NCBI GenBank assembly: GCA_009103225.1 | Contig: RHPI01002504.1 | Location: 62,001-126,000 of the forward strand | From: Chlorokybus atmophyticus | Lineage: Eukaryota > Plantae > Mesostigma and Chlorokybus algae | Length of the DNA stretch: 64,000 nucleotides | Reading direction: 5' to 3' | Shown: in pieces, positions 1-13,622 of the stretch | Layout of the letters: every line of letters starts with the position of its first letter | Numbering within the stretch: position 1 is the first letter of the stretch | The notes under the pieces: model-generated | What the model was told of the DNA's origin: nothing | Database searches by the model: none | The model's input: the letters and a program-made list of their open reading frames with translations, nothing else | Translations under genes and position numbers: made by a program

Positions 1-135
1 CCGCATGTGCAGTATACAAAAATCTGTGTGCGAAGGGTCAACCAACTGCAATGATAATGTCAACAACATCACACTCACATATGATGGATGACTATCGTTG
101 TGTCTTGCAAGTGACAGCATGCAGTGACACTCACT

Positions 136-511
136 TCAGCAGCACCATGAACGTCTGCGAGTTGACTTGAAGCCGAATGTGGTGAGCGTCTGTGGTTCGC
201 AAGCTCTCGCGCAGTCCGGACGTAAACATGCTGCACACACAAAGACGTTACAGTGGCCAGTTAGCACCCAACACATGCAGCAACGCAAGAGTGTGTGTTC
301 ATCATGCTTACGAGCGGAAGTAGCTGCAGGAGGCCGCCAGTATGGCCACGTGCGCATGCACCTCCACCGTCTGCCCCTCCTTGTGCCCATCCAGCACAAA
401 AACGACGTCTGCAAGCAGAGGATTATCGACCATATCAGCCAGCTGCAGCCGTAGCTCAGTCGTCGCCTCCTCAGCAGCCGCTGCCTCCGCCATGTTGGTG
501 ACAGCTTCCAA
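136..511 (-). CDS. BTB/POZ-domain protein, 5' exons (gene probably continues off the left edge; start uncertain)
   Basis: Exon LADMVDNPLLADVVFVLDGHKEGQTVEVHAHVAILAASCSYFRS, GTAAG intron, then exon MFTSGLRESLRTTDAHHIRLQVNSQTFMVVLL. This matches the BTB signature (DVxF...HxxILAAxSxYFxxMFxxxLxES). Confidence 0.85.
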
Positions 512-854
512 TCAAGCTGCTTTACTGCGCGTTTACATGCATGAGCACGTTATCTCAACTGAGCAACAATCGCTGGGCGACACGCCTACTTTCTGAAATG
601 AAGTGCACTGCACTCAACCGAGTTACATGCTTGCTTTCTCGTGTGTTTGTGTGCGCATATTAGAAAACAGAATATCGCAGTACGTGAATAACCTGGTCAG
701 CTTGCAGGGCACAAACAGACACAACTACGAGGCCAGTGGTGTATCGGGTACTTGCCAAAACGCAGCTAGTTTGTGAAACGGTTCGCGAGGCTGGTTGTTG
801 GAAGCTGCAACAATCAAGAGGTAGAGCTACTTGAGTTTGGAGCACTTTATAATG

Positions 855-960
855 CTTGAAGTGTGCAGAGCAGCATGCTTTGCACAGTTCCAAGTTGCCT
901 CAGCTTGACTTGGAAGTGTGCAAAGCAGCATGCTTTGCACACGTCCAAGTCAAGCTAAGG
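855..960. repeat. Two adjacent related hairpins; the second has 30-bp arms (898-927 / 931-960, 2 mismatches, 3-nt loop)
   Basis: cctcagcttgacttggaagtgtgcaaagca-gca-tgctttgcacacgtccaagtcaagctaagg; a shorter degenerate copy lies at 855-894. Confidence 0.9.
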
Positions 961-1456
961 TAACAAACGAAAAGCGGCCTTGGAAACCGTCAAGCAAGCA
1001 GCCCGACTAGTTTATACAGAAAAACAACACACAATGACAGCAGCAGTAAGATGAAGCCCGTAAGAATTACAATTCCATTATCCATAATGGAGACTCCTAT
1101 GAGCAGCTATCTTCCTCTCCTTACCCGTTTCAGCCGGCAGTCACGCCGACCAACCAGCAGCAGCGCAGCAAAGCAGCAAGCCTGGGCAAGCTGCTGCTGT
1201 CGCCTCCCAAGCACTGACTCTCACCTACCCATCACATGAGCTAGCACCCATTCAGCAACCAGCTTGAGGGCCCAACCTACCTCCCAGCAAAACACCCACG
1301 CCCAACCAATGGTTATTGATGTTATTGACAAACAGAAACCAACCAACAGACCGCCGCCGAGTCTGGCCTGGCCTGGGCAGGCCTGGTGAAGCAGCGGCCT
1401 GTTTAACCAGGCCGCGCGCACAAGATTTAGTCTTGTGCGCTTGTGCGTAGGCCAAC

Positions 1457-1465
1457 AAACCCTAA
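1457..1465 (+). promoter_or_regulatory. Telo-box (AAACCCTAA) upstream of the RGP1 start
   Basis: Exact plant telo-box about 80 nt before ATG 1543; function is inferred only. Confidence 0.4.
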
Positions 1466-1542
1466 TACTGAGGCAGTGACGCTGTGCCACGTGGCAGTAC
1501 GGGGAGGTCGCAGTGGCGGCGGCGGGCGGTAGGGAGGGCAAG

Positions 1543-4427
1543 ATGGCCTCGAGCATAGCGGAGGCGCCGTTTCTGCGGATTTCCGCCACCGTGGACCGCC
1601 TGCACTACCGCCCGGGCGACACTGTCGTCTGCATTGTTGAGGTGCGTGTTGCGTGTGCACAGTTGGTGCACAAGCAGTGAATTGTGCACCAACTGCATTT
1701 GCATTTGAATGCCTCCATAGCTGAGTCAAGGCTGACGGTCTATCAGTAAGTTCATTACTTTGTATCTCCTATGCAAGCGATGCCGTACATTATTGTAGCG
1801 TCATGCTGATGGTGAGACCTATCCTTTTTGCGACACAGCAGCGCCGCAGTAGCTTGCTCTGAGTGTTGTGACTACCATTTGCATTGCCAACCTCCCATTT
1901 TCAACAAGCCTCCAATAAGTACGTGGCCATTTGTTTAGGTGTCCTTGGCCATTCCTCAGAGTGCTCCCGCCTCCGTGGCAAAGTTTTCCGCTGTGCTGCA
2001 AGAACTGACTGTGCAAGCCACGGCGACAGAGAAGGTTGACCCTACCTGGATAACGTTGCCCACCTCATCTGCGCAAGGAGGAAAGACAAAAGGTAACTAG
2101 CAATGCAGCATGCAAGCAGCTATGTCCGCAACTTACAAGCTGTAACTGACACACACTCTACGCTATTTGTGACTAGCACACATGATCCATGGCAAGTATG
2201 CTATGTTGCTTGCCCATCGTTCTGTTTTAGTATGAGGTGGTGTGTGCTACAATAACACACACATGTGTACGTATGTAGCTGGTACTGTGCGCTCTCAACA
2301 TCTGTTTGTGCTCATGCACTCATTAGGTGAAAGGTTGATTTTCAGTTCAACGGCCATGAAGCTGCTGGAACATGAGGCGATCAAAGCGCACCAAGTACGA
2401 AGATGTATGTGATGCGATTGCTGCTAAATCACACTGCCCACTCTCCACTCTTGCTAGGTAGCCATTGCAACTCAAACCGTATATGCCAAAACTCAAGCAG
2501 TAACCCACAAGCCCATAGCTTCCAATCTAAACCCTGTCTGTGCATTTGGCAGTTGCTTGTCGCGTGACATTGCCGGATGCGCTACCACCGTCGTACTTGG
2601 GAACCGCTGTGCGCTACAGCTACGTGATTACAGCGCATGCACAAGGGCCCGCGGGCATATCTCCCCTGGTGGTGCGCGTGCCATTGCGTGTGTGGGTTCC
2701 CAGCAGTGCCGCTGCTTACAGCTTAGCACATAGCACTGCGCCTCTCCCGTCAAGTAGCCCAGGCACTGAGCTGCAGCAAGGCCAAGGTGTGCATCAAGTT
2801 GCACAGAACAGCTGCTGCGTTGAGGGAGTGCATTGGGGTTGTGCACTCACATGTTGTGACCTCCTCAGGGCCTGTTGTAGAGTTCAATGTTGGCAACAAT
2901 CTACCCGCTGTGAGAGTGCGTTGGAAGGAGCTGCCTGTCTCAGAGCAGGTGTGCGCATACAAGTGAAGACTGTTGCGCGCACTACTGGTCGTTAGACTGT
3001 TGTGTGTTGTGCAAGGTCAGATGCAAGCAAACTCATTGCTGGTGATTAAACTCTGATGGCGTTTTAGGAAGCACGGGCGCATCAGTCTGGGGCTGCACAA
3101 TCGCTGGAGCACGAGACTCCCATAAGTGATGGCAACTCCGGTCCCAGCAGTGAGGATGAACCAGATGCGGTGCTGAAGTTGAAGAGGATCAATGTGCGTA
3201 GCAGCTATGATGGCGACCCTATCTACCATTCACCGCCAACAGTAGCCAAGCTTGCTGCAATGGGCATCTTACCTGGTGCGTATGGCAATAACTTGCCAAA
3301 TACTCAACAGACATTGCAGCTGTGCCTTGTCATCTCAGGAGCGCTTGTTCAATGTAGGTATGGGCTCAGTCCCCGAAGGTAGTCCCACAAAGCTGCATTG
3401 GAAAGATGAAGATGAAGCACAAGCGTCACCGCTTGGTATGCAGCATACTTTTTGCGACCAGCCGCTCATCTGCGTTATTTTTGGCTTGTGAGATGCAACA
3501 TGTTAAATCCTTGTGCAGCCACAATATGGGGGCGGACTTTCAACATCCGATTGGGAGAACACCCACTGGTTCGGTTTTCTCTAAGCAACCCCTCTGCGGT
3601 GTACTTGCTGGGTGACACGGTAAGCATCACATTTCGCAGCAACATTGCTGTAACGCTTCGTGCGAGTTGTTGTGGGCTACACTTTAGTGCTGAGCAGTAT
3701 GCTTTTGCGCAGGTGTCGGGCATTCTGGACTTCAGCTGCAGTAGGAAAGGCGCAGTTGTGCAATGCCAACAGGTGCGAAACAAGTCGCACCATTGGAAGA
3801 AGACGCGTTTTTGAGGTCAACAGCCACCCCGCTAAACTGCAGTTACAAGAGTTGTGCCTTGCAGGTCACTGTAACACTTGAGACCGAAGAGATCATAGCG
3901 CCTGAACACCTGCACAGGTCTATTCAGTCTGGTTCCATCCGAAAGGTAACAGTGAAGAGCATTGTCAGCACTTCACTCTGAACTACTTGGCCAATGCTGT
4001 CCAAGGATGACCCTGTTGTATTCAACAGGTGCACACAGAGTTCCAAGAGTTGTGTACCGACACGCTGATCACCAACTTCATCTTCACAGTCCCAATAGAC
4101 GCAACGGCCGCGTTCACGTCATCCTTGGCGTCCTTCCGCTGGCTCCTGTGCTTTGAGTTTGTCGCGCTGCAGCAGCCTCCGGACGAGCCCGAAGTGCGCG
4201 GCTTGTTTGGTGTGCGTGCTGCAGTCAAACCCAAGCCGCAGCTTGAACGACTGCACTGGTCGATGCCCATCGCTGTGCTGTCGCCGCCTCCCTCGGGCGC
4301 GCTGCCCTCACGCCTTCGCAGGAAGCATAGCAGCGGAGGTGGAGGTGCGGGTTGGACCTCGCACGTTGGGGATAGCTTCAGCAAGCAGGAGAACAACGGG
4401 CAGCAGTCCTTCCCGGTGACGGCTTGA
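1543..4427 (+). CDS. RGP1: Rgp1-family protein (Ric1-Rgp1 Rab6/Ypt6 GEF subunit), multi-exon
   Basis: Spliced exons read MASSIAEAPFLRISATVDRLHYRPGDTVVCIVE / RVTLPDALPPSYLGTAVRYSYVITA / GRTFNIRLGEHPLVRFSL...LGDTVSGILDF / TNFIFTVPIDATAAFTSSLASFRWLLCFEF...LERLHWSMPIAV, with canonical GT-AG introns and a stop at 4427. Confidence 0.8.
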
Positions 4428-5799
4428 CAAGGTGGCGTGTGCTGATGTGTAGCCTTAGCTATGTGTGTGCATGTGCTCTTGTCGTGTGTTGGGCGCACAC
4501 AGGGCCCCTTAAGCTGTAGTCAAGGCACAAGCCAAGGGGGGTGGCTTGTGCATGTCCCTGAGTGGAATTGGTGCTGCCCTGCATGCGCATGAGTTTCACC
4601 TGGCCAAAAGCGGGTTATGTCTGGCTGTGTAGCAAACTACAATTACTTACAAGTTTGGAAGACACGATGTGCGCCTGGTACCGATACCTTCAGTGTGTCA
4701 TGCTACGTATAGCCCCTGCTTGATAATTAGTGGTCATGGATGGAGCTGTGCACCCCCTGAACGGTGTTGCGGCCCACAATGCGGCCATGCTTCTGTGATG
4801 GAGTACGACCTGTGTCAGTGCTGTGCAACTTCAACATGGATACATTCAGGAGCAAATATCATAGGGAGCCATAGGCCAACACGATTATGTCCCAAGTGAG
4901 CAATAAGTAGAGTAGTGGCGTGTTGTTGCCAAGGCAATGCTATACACTCGTGTTGGCATCCTCGTCAAATGTGCCTCCTCCTTGGAAGTTGTACACGAGA
5001 TAGTATGCCAGGTTAGTAGCATGCATGGTGTCAAGCACACAATTGTTGGTTGGTTGGTTGGCGTGTGGTGTAGTTTGTGAATGCATAGGCTTTCCGATGG
5101 TACTGATGCAAATGTGCTGAAAACACGCCAGGTAACACAAAATCACACGCTCACTCGCACACACAGCAGCAAATAGGCAAGACGAAACTATTAAGGCACT
5201 GGCAAGGGCTTGCTAAGCTGTGTGTTTTGTATGCATGTGTCTTGTATGTTGTGTGGGTCACAGCCACAGCATTGCATATAATCTACATAATGTCATGCAC
5301 AACATCCAGTACTTGGCACATGCCATCATGCTTACACTCTACACCAGCAGATTACCACCGGGCTGCCAACTCTACCTAACACGCTAAGCCCCTACCCCAT
5401 CAGTCACACCAGCATGCGTGGTGTCCAGCAATCACCTGCGCATGCGCCTTGGTCAGCGGCGAGCACCGTCACAGCATCAACCGCAGCAATCAGCCGACGT
5501 GTAATGCATGGTGTGTATGTGGGTGCAAGAATGCGAAACGCATATGCCCATGCATGCGACATGCTGAGTGTGCGCTTAGCACAGAGCATGCAGGCCAACA
5601 ACCATTGAGACTTTCATCACCGGGCTCACCTAGTCTACCACCTACACGACACTGACACCCCATCAGTCATGCAAGCATGCATAAGTAACAACTGTAGTAG
5701 TAGTAGTCACCTGCCCACAAGGGCTGTCTGGTCACAATGCTGCTTGAAGTGCTGAGCGCCTTCCTGAATCATGTGCTATTGCCCCAATGCCCCCCCGCC

Positions 5800-5987
5800 N
5801 NNNNNNNNNNNNNNNNNNNNNNNNNNNNNNNNNNNNNNNNNNNNNNNNNNNNNNNNNNNNNNNNNNNNNNNNNNNNNNNNNNNNNNNNNNNNNNNNNNNN
5901 NNNNNNNNNNNNNNNNNNNNNNNNNNNNNNNNNNNNNNNNNNNNNNNNNNNNNNNNNNNNNNNNNNNNNNNNNNNNNNNNNNNNNNN
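5800..5987. other. Assembly gap (N run) flanked by short C runs
   Basis: Ns in the sequence. Confidence 1.
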
Positions 5988-6913
5988 ATAGGTGTGCGTC
6001 CCCCCCCCCCTCTCACCTTAAGCTTAAGCACACCGGATCCAGTGTTCAACCTCATAGGGGTGTAGTACACTGCAGCGGCCCAATAGCGCCGCAATCTCAC
6101 ATGAACCAAGGCAACAACTCTGTCTCGGTACACACACTATATCAAACGGTCACAAGGTCCCAGTGTCCAAACCATAGCGCTTTCCAAGCAACACAAGTCT
6201 AATACAATCACAATGCAAATGCACATCACAACTCAACTATGCACCATAGCGCGCATCAGCTGCGTAGGCCTCACGCCAAGAGCACTGCCGCGCCCAACAG
6301 GGTAGTCATGGGGGCAGGTCGCGGTGGTGGCCAACCCGGAGGTGCGCACACGGCCGTCGTCGCTCTCTCCAACAGAGATACGCCCTGAGCCCGCTGTAGA
6401 GCACAAGCAAACCGCTGCCTACTCAATAAGCTATGTAAGCTATGTTAGTAAGCCATCTAGGCGCTATAATAGCACTCGTCTAACACACGCAACCATGTAT
6501 TCAACAACAGCAATCTGCACAACACCTTAAGTAACGAAGATCACCCTTTTCGTTCCAACAGAGACGAGGGCAACAGAGCCGCGATGCCCATCGCAAGCCC
6601 GGAAGGAGAGGGACCGGGGTTGCGATGCCTCTCCTTCTTCCGACCGTTCAAGCTGTCCGGCACCGGGAATCGCTCGTTCTTGGCAGGGTACAAGTCCTGC
6701 GAGGCACATGCACAGAAAAACATGAGCATGCGTACGTGCGCATGTGTCCACTCGCGCACGCCTGTATGCGTGTGTATGTGCGCGCGCGCATGTCCATACA
6801 TGTTGGAGTGCGTGTGCAAATATCCCTGTGCGTTTGTGCGTGTGTGCATATGCATATGCATATGCGCGTGTGCAAATGTGGATGCCACAACAGTACATCA
6901 CACAACTACTGCA

Positions 6914-9900
6914 TCAATTGCTGACCCATATTGGGAGGTCCCATCCGTCATCCTTGTAGAAGGCAGATTTCCATGCGCGGAGTGCACGTGCGTAAGCGCT
7001 GAGAAAATGAAACTGCAGGCTGCCCCACTGCAAGTCATGAATGAACGCCACCTGCGCAAGCAGGTGGATATGTGCATGTGCGTGCTTGCACACAAAGACC
7101 AACATCCACATACTGTGCATCAGCACCTCACCTCAGCAAAGCTGGGTTGGATTATAAGATTGTTGTGCGCGCGGTCTAGCAACACCATGTGGCTCACGTG
7201 CCGGAAGCCCAGTATGCTGTAAGGCAGGTAGGTGATCTGCATGACACATGCGTGTGTTCACACATGTTTGTGTACATGTGGGTTCATGAGGCAAACTGAA
7301 CGTGCTGATTGCAACAAATACCAACACACACATGCATTAACCTCATCGCGGGCGTGCACGATGCGGAATGATACGGGCACGAGGTCGTCGTACGCTCTCA
7401 CAAAGGCGCCATTGCCCACACGTGGAGAACCAAAAGTGTACGTGCTGACCTGGTTCAGAAGTGAGTAGTAAAATGAGTTGATGATTGACTCCTGTTTGAT
7501 AACCACCTATGCAGACGCACAAGCACACTCACTTGGCTGTTTTCCAGTTTCATGACCCTTCGCACATCGTACGCGCACAGAGTGGCCAAAGCCCCTCCTG
7601 CACGCATCAACACATGATGCCACAGACACCAATACACACGCTACTGATACACTTCGCATTGCACAACATACATACCCAACGAGTGCCCTGTTATGAGGAC
7701 TTTGCGCCGGTTGTTTGCCGACAACTCCTTTGCCAGATTCTCAAACACCTGTACAAAGAAAGTGAGTCACACATACACACGCGCGCACTAGCATGATGGT
7801 ATAATCTTCTCACAGCCACAACCACCCAACACCTGGTCTGCTATGCGCCTCCACGCGTATAAGAAGCCCGTGTGCACTTTCACTCCGCTGCCGCCGGAAA
7901 CGCTCTGCTTACCCGTTGCCGCATCCAAAACCTAGCAAAAGAAATCAACCGACACGTGTGCGTGTGCGCACACGCAAATGTGTGCGCGCGTGCGTGTGTG
8001 TGCATGCGTGCGTGAGCACGTTTTGTTTGTGTCCGTGTATGCGTGCACGCTCGTGCACATTTGTGCATGCCTACGTGCGTGCGTGAGAGAGAGCACACCA
8101 GCTGCGGACCCAACCTGACCAGCCGGAGATGCCGTGATGCCTTCACTAACATCACCAACCTCCCCTGCAAGCAGGCAAGCATTTCACAGTTCACATACCA
8201 CTCCACACCTACACGAACCTGACACACACCAACCCTTAGAATCCCAACACGTACCCGTCTCGTCCGTCGGCAAGTGAGGAGGGCGTGTTGTTGAGTTGTT
8301 GCTTTCTCCTCCTCTCCTCTTCCGGCGCATCCACGCGAACACGTGCCGCGCCAAGTGCGGGAGGCCGCGTATCGTTTTGCGCAGCGTCTTACGCACGAGC
8401 CTCAACGCATCCCTCTGCTTGGCATACTCCTGCCTCTCCGATGATGTTGTTGTTGTTGATGTGGTTGATTGTTGATGCTCAATGCCACTATTGCCACTCT
8501 CTTGCCCTCCTTCTTCTTGTACAGTCATATTGTCGTCATTATCACGATCGAAATTGCCACTATCGTCTGCGTTACGCTGGCTGTGCCACACGTGGAGCGG
8601 CTCCGGCCTCGCGCGTTGGCGTTGCGTGGACACGCCGGACATGTTGGCTTCCAAGTCTTGTGCGGCAACGCTGTTGTTGTTGTTGGCATCAGAGAGTGGG
8701 GGTTGGGAGTCTGAAAGTGGGGGTGGGTTGCCAACATTGTCTTCGTGTTGGTCTGTGCGTGCGGTGGTGAAGAGCGAAGCGTAATCGCGCTCGCGCTTAA
8801 TGTAATGCGCGGGTTCGAGGAGGTTTGTCAATAAGAATTGCGCGTCCGTCAACGCGCTTGTTAACGACGACGTGCCGCGAAAGGCCACCACAATGTGGTC
8901 CCTGCATGGAATGTTGTACATGTGACATGTTGTGTATCTTGCACACGCGTGTGCGCGTGCATGCAAGATACACAAGCACATGTTGCATACACATACACAC
9001 TCTTTGTTATAGCTCTTAATGAAGTGTGGCATGCACGCACATACAAAATTGCACATACAGCGTGCAACAACCCCACCTTGACGTGTAGAATCGCACGTTG
9101 GAGTCGCTCGCCTTGTCCACAACCTGCAGGCTGAGCTCGAACTCGGTCCCGTGCTTGACATTTGCCTTCTCTATCGTCTGCTGCACCGTCTGCCGCGTGT
9201 AATACGCCGCCAATGCAAAATTCAACGCCCTCACGCTGCCACATAACACCCAACATGTCACCCAACATGTCACCCAACACGCTGGGTTGTGTGACAAAGA
9301 CGACAGCCCCACACTTACGCTGTCTCAAGGGTGAAATGAGGTGCTTTATGTTGTTGTGTATCGGTGTCGTTGTCGCAGTCACGACTGTTGTTGTTGTCAT
9401 TTGTGTCGGCTTGGGGGGTATCTTGCAGGGAGAATGTGGGTGCGTTGTTGTTGTCGTGCACGTTGCTGCTGCTACTGCTTCTCTCTTGCCACGAGAAGTT
9501 GTTGTCGCCGCGAAGCCAACCACCCAACGCGGACGCGTGTGAGTCCGCCGGCAAATGAATAGTCCCCTGCATGCGTGTGTGTGTTTGTGTGTGTTGGGAT
9601 GTGGGTACTGGATGTGGCATCTCAAGTGTTGTGAGTAAGTTGTTTGATGGTGAAGGACACATGCCTGGCTGAAGAGCCAGCACAGAATGATGAGTGGGAG
9701 TCCCATCAACACGTATGGAGGCCCCAAGAAGTCCTGCGTAACAGACGGCGTGCGCGTGTGCGTGTGTGCATGTATATGTGTATGTGTATGCACACGCGTG
9801 TGCGTGGCGGTGTCTGCGTGTGTGAGTGTGCGCGCGCATGCAATGTGTGGAGTGCACAACATAGCATCAAAAACGCGCGCCTGCGCCTGCGCATGTGTGC

Positions 9901-12560
9901 GTGTGTGCATGTGTGTGTATGCGCGTGCGTGCGCGCATGCGCGTGTCTGCATGATAATTTACTCTGTAGCGGCCTTCAAAGTTAAGGAAGCTGTCCAGAG
10001 GGATGAGGGCGAGCGTGAGGGCGCCAAAGCTGACCAGAAGCGCCCACAACACGCCCGTCGACCATATGAAAAACTTGAAACCCAACACTTTGGCCCTGAA
10101 CAAGAGCAGATGTTAGTGACCGCACAATCTGTGCCAGGAAGCACACACAACCGCTCGTGCTCGCGGTCAGGTACATGTGCGCGCACACACACGCACGCGT
10201 ATGTGCGTGGGTGTGTCGTGCTCACGCTCACGTACACGTCTGCACGTGCACAACTACAAACAGACACCCACTCACCCACCCACCCACCCACCTACCTATG
10301 AAAGCCGCTCTCCCTCAGCGCTCTACTCGACACGTGCGCGCTCCAGCACACATGAATGAATATCATCACATCGCTGGCTGCCATCGCTGCCGCCGCGACG
10401 ATGGCTCCAACGTTCCCTTCCGCGTGGTGAATGGATATCCTCACGGCGGGTATCACGAAGATGAAGGGGTATATCGCCGCGCTGAAGTCGAGAGTGACTT
10501 GCAAGGTGACGCGGGCGAGGTAGTAGACCAGGACGAGGAGGACTTTTGGGGTGTAGAAGTGGGGAGGGAGGGAAGGGGAGAAGTGGCGGTAGGAGTGGAC
10601 AATGCAGAGCCTGTAGTGTATGCAAATGCTTGGCAAGTTGTGTGCTCGCGTGCGTGCGTGCGCGCGTGCGTGTCAGCAGACACTGTGTGGCGATATTATG
10701 CATGCAGGTGTATATGTGTGCATGTGCGGATGCGTGCGAGTGCAGAGGCGCGTGCGCACGCACACACATGCACACATGCGCACGCGATGCATGTGTCTCC
10801 GTGCGTGCGAGCGTGCGCATGTGTGCACGCACGCACAGAGACTATTCTAAGGTCATGTGCGCACGCATGTTACTTGATATGTGGTTGCGTGCACATGCAC
10901 ACACACCCACATATCCCCACCACTGACCAGTAGAAGTAGTAGGTGCATATGCCGACGGGTCCCAGCACCCTGAACACCTCCCTGCTGGCTCGTCGCTGCC
11001 TGAACTCGCTCGACATCTCGATCACGGCCGTCGGCACCGCCTGCGCCACGGCGTACCCGCCCAGCAACAGCCCCACCCAGACCTGCGACAAGGTGGTGTG
11101 TCGTGCGTCGTGCGGGGTCAGCGGATGGAAGCGCAGAGTGTGACCAAACCAACCTGCTCGGGGACGCGCATGGTGGCGGGAGCGCGACGGACGCGACGGA
11201 GGAATAAGGCGAGCATGAGGACGACGACGAGGAACAGAACCCACCTACGGGGGGGCGCGCACGAGATGTGTGCGTGTATGCATGTCTGTTTGTGTGGGTG
11301 TGGGTGTGCGCGGGTGCCTGTGCCAGTGCCAGTGCGGGTGCGGGTGCATGTGCACAAATGTGTGTGACTGTGTCTGTGTCTGTGTGCGTGTGGGTGTGGG
11401 TGTGGACGTACTGCATGGCGTCGGCGAGTGCGGTGGCTCCTCTCGGGTGCGGTCCTTTTCCGCTGCGGAAGGCGTGTCGCGCGAGGACCACCGCCGCCGC
11501 GCAGTACCCGCCCGACACCGCCACGGACACAATCAGCATGCATCCCAACGCGTTCAGCTCGCGCTGCCGGCATGCGGGTGGGGGCGCGTATGTGAGTGAG
11601 TGTGCGTGCGCGCGTGTATGTGTGTGTGGGTGCGTGTGGGTGTGGGTGCGTGTGTGTGTGTGTGTGTGTGTGTGCGCACGTGAGTGTGTGTGTGATGCAC
11701 GCGTGTTCGATTAGCACGTGCGTGCGTGCTTGTGTGAAGAGTGTGTGTGTGCGCGTGCGCGCGCGCCCCCATGCGTGTGCATGCATACGCACATAGGTGT
11801 GCGTGCATGCGTACATCTGTCACACCTGTGTTGTGATCTCAAGTTTGAGTTTCGGGGGAGCGCGGTGGGCGTGCACCTCGTACCTGCAATTGTTTACTCG
11901 TGCACATGAAGCAACCACCACGTTGACGACCACGACAACGACAAGCTACACAAACTAACGACACAGACAACGCCTTCTTTGCCAAGGGGACTGAACTCTC
12001 TTCACACATACCAACATTAGACACATACATGTGTGCTCTGTGTGTTGCATGTTGTGTCCAACATGCAACAACGACTTCTATTTACTACCACTCAACCACT
12101 GGCGGTGATGTTGTTTGTCTCACCTGCAGCTCTGCTCCGGGTTGGCTGTGGTCAAGCTTCCATCGCATCTTGCTTTCGCCTGATATCATGACCAACTCTA
12201 TCAACACAACTCTTTCATAAGTGGCTACAACAAGCCGGAAGCTGCTACTGGCAAGCACGCAGACAAATTGCAGGAAGAATACCAAACGTTGGAATGCCAT
12301 ACCAACGTTGATGTGCGGCATTGATAGCACAGCAGTACCTGAACACACACACTGCAACATGACGCATGATGGTAGTGGTGAGTGCTTGAATGTTTGGGTT
12401 GTTAGTTTCTTTTCTACATGCACACCGCTTACAAGTCACCTCACGATCTCCACTACTTTCCTCTCTCTCCTTCGCCGCCTCCTCATCCGCCTGCTCCTCC
12501 TGCTGCTCCTCTGCCATACCGTCCATGCCGCCGGAGGCAGACTCAGCTCCGGCGGCCGCC
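6914..12560 (-). CDS. Class-3 lipase with N-terminal multi-pass hydrophobic region, multi-exon (5' end uncertain)
   Basis: Exons in order: HIVVAFRGTSS...ALTDAQF; VKVHTGFLYAW; KVLITGHSL|GGALATLCAYD; YTFGSPRVGNGAFV...FRIVHARDE; ITYLPY; HFLSAY...SN stop. Upstream exons at 9.7-11.5 kb encode several hydrophobic segments. Confidence 0.8.
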
Positions 12561-13622
12561 GCCGCCGCCACCCATCACGTCCTTGTTCTGCCCCTCCTTC
12601 TCCTCCCCCTCGCCGTCCTCCTCCTCCGACGACGGCGGCGAGGACAACCACAGCCACGGCCACAACTACAACAGCATGCAACACAGGCGCCCACTTCACC
12701 TGTACCGCTAATCACTAGCCTTAATCACTAGCCTTAGACAGCCTGGCAGCAGCGGCGGCGGCGGCGGCGTAGGTATAGGAATAGGCGGCGGGTGAGGAGG
12801 CGGCGCAAGCAAGAGGCGGCGGGTGAGGAGGACGATAAGGGATAAGGGGGAGGAGGCGGCAACTGAGCAGGCAGCATCCATCAATTGTTCTCGCAAAATT
12901 GTCGTGTCACGCAACGCAGGCAATTGGCTGCATAGATAGATTGCCTCAGTCAACATCAGCAGCAGTGTCTTTCCTCTCTCTTGTGCGTGGGTTGTTGTTA
13001 TCCCCCCTCCATTTGGGTTGCGCTGCATGCTGAGGAGGTGCGGAGGACGAGGAGATTTCCGCCGCTATCGCCATGCATGCGCTCGGTTGATTGGCGCCTT
13101 CGCTGCGCCAACAACAGCATCCACAACGACAACAACAGTAGCATCAACGCCTTGTTGGCGTCATCAGGTCGTCAGCCATAGAGGCAGTCTTATGACAGCC
13201 GCCGCCTCACCTACAAGCTTAATTGTGAGCAACGTTGTCATTGCGGTCGTCGTTATTAGTGGTGTTGAAGTTGACGTTGGTGTTGGTGCTGTTGTTGCTG
13301 TTGTTGGTGTTGTCGTTGACTGGAGTGCATTTGTAGAGTTTCAGGTCACCACTCTCTTCAACAGCCAACAGTCACTTCACACGGGAGAGGAGGCACGCGC
13401 ACTACAAGAGTTTCAACACAAGCACCAATCTCAATACCAACAGCTTTGTGACAAAGAGAACCCGACAGAGTAAGCACAGCAACACCAGCAACACCACCAC
13501 CAACAACAACAACAACAACAGCAACGACAACGTCATCTTCACAACTATTGCATGCAGGTGTCATTCATTGTGCTTCACAACACACCAACAACAGCCACAA
13601 CCACCCCAACGCCGACAACACC

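Noticed and set aside
4940-5010. YNFQGGGTFDED resembling the Hsp70 DLGGGTFD motif
   Set aside because: It is isolated and followed by a stop, with no other Hsp70 motifs or plausible neighbouring exons; treated as chance.
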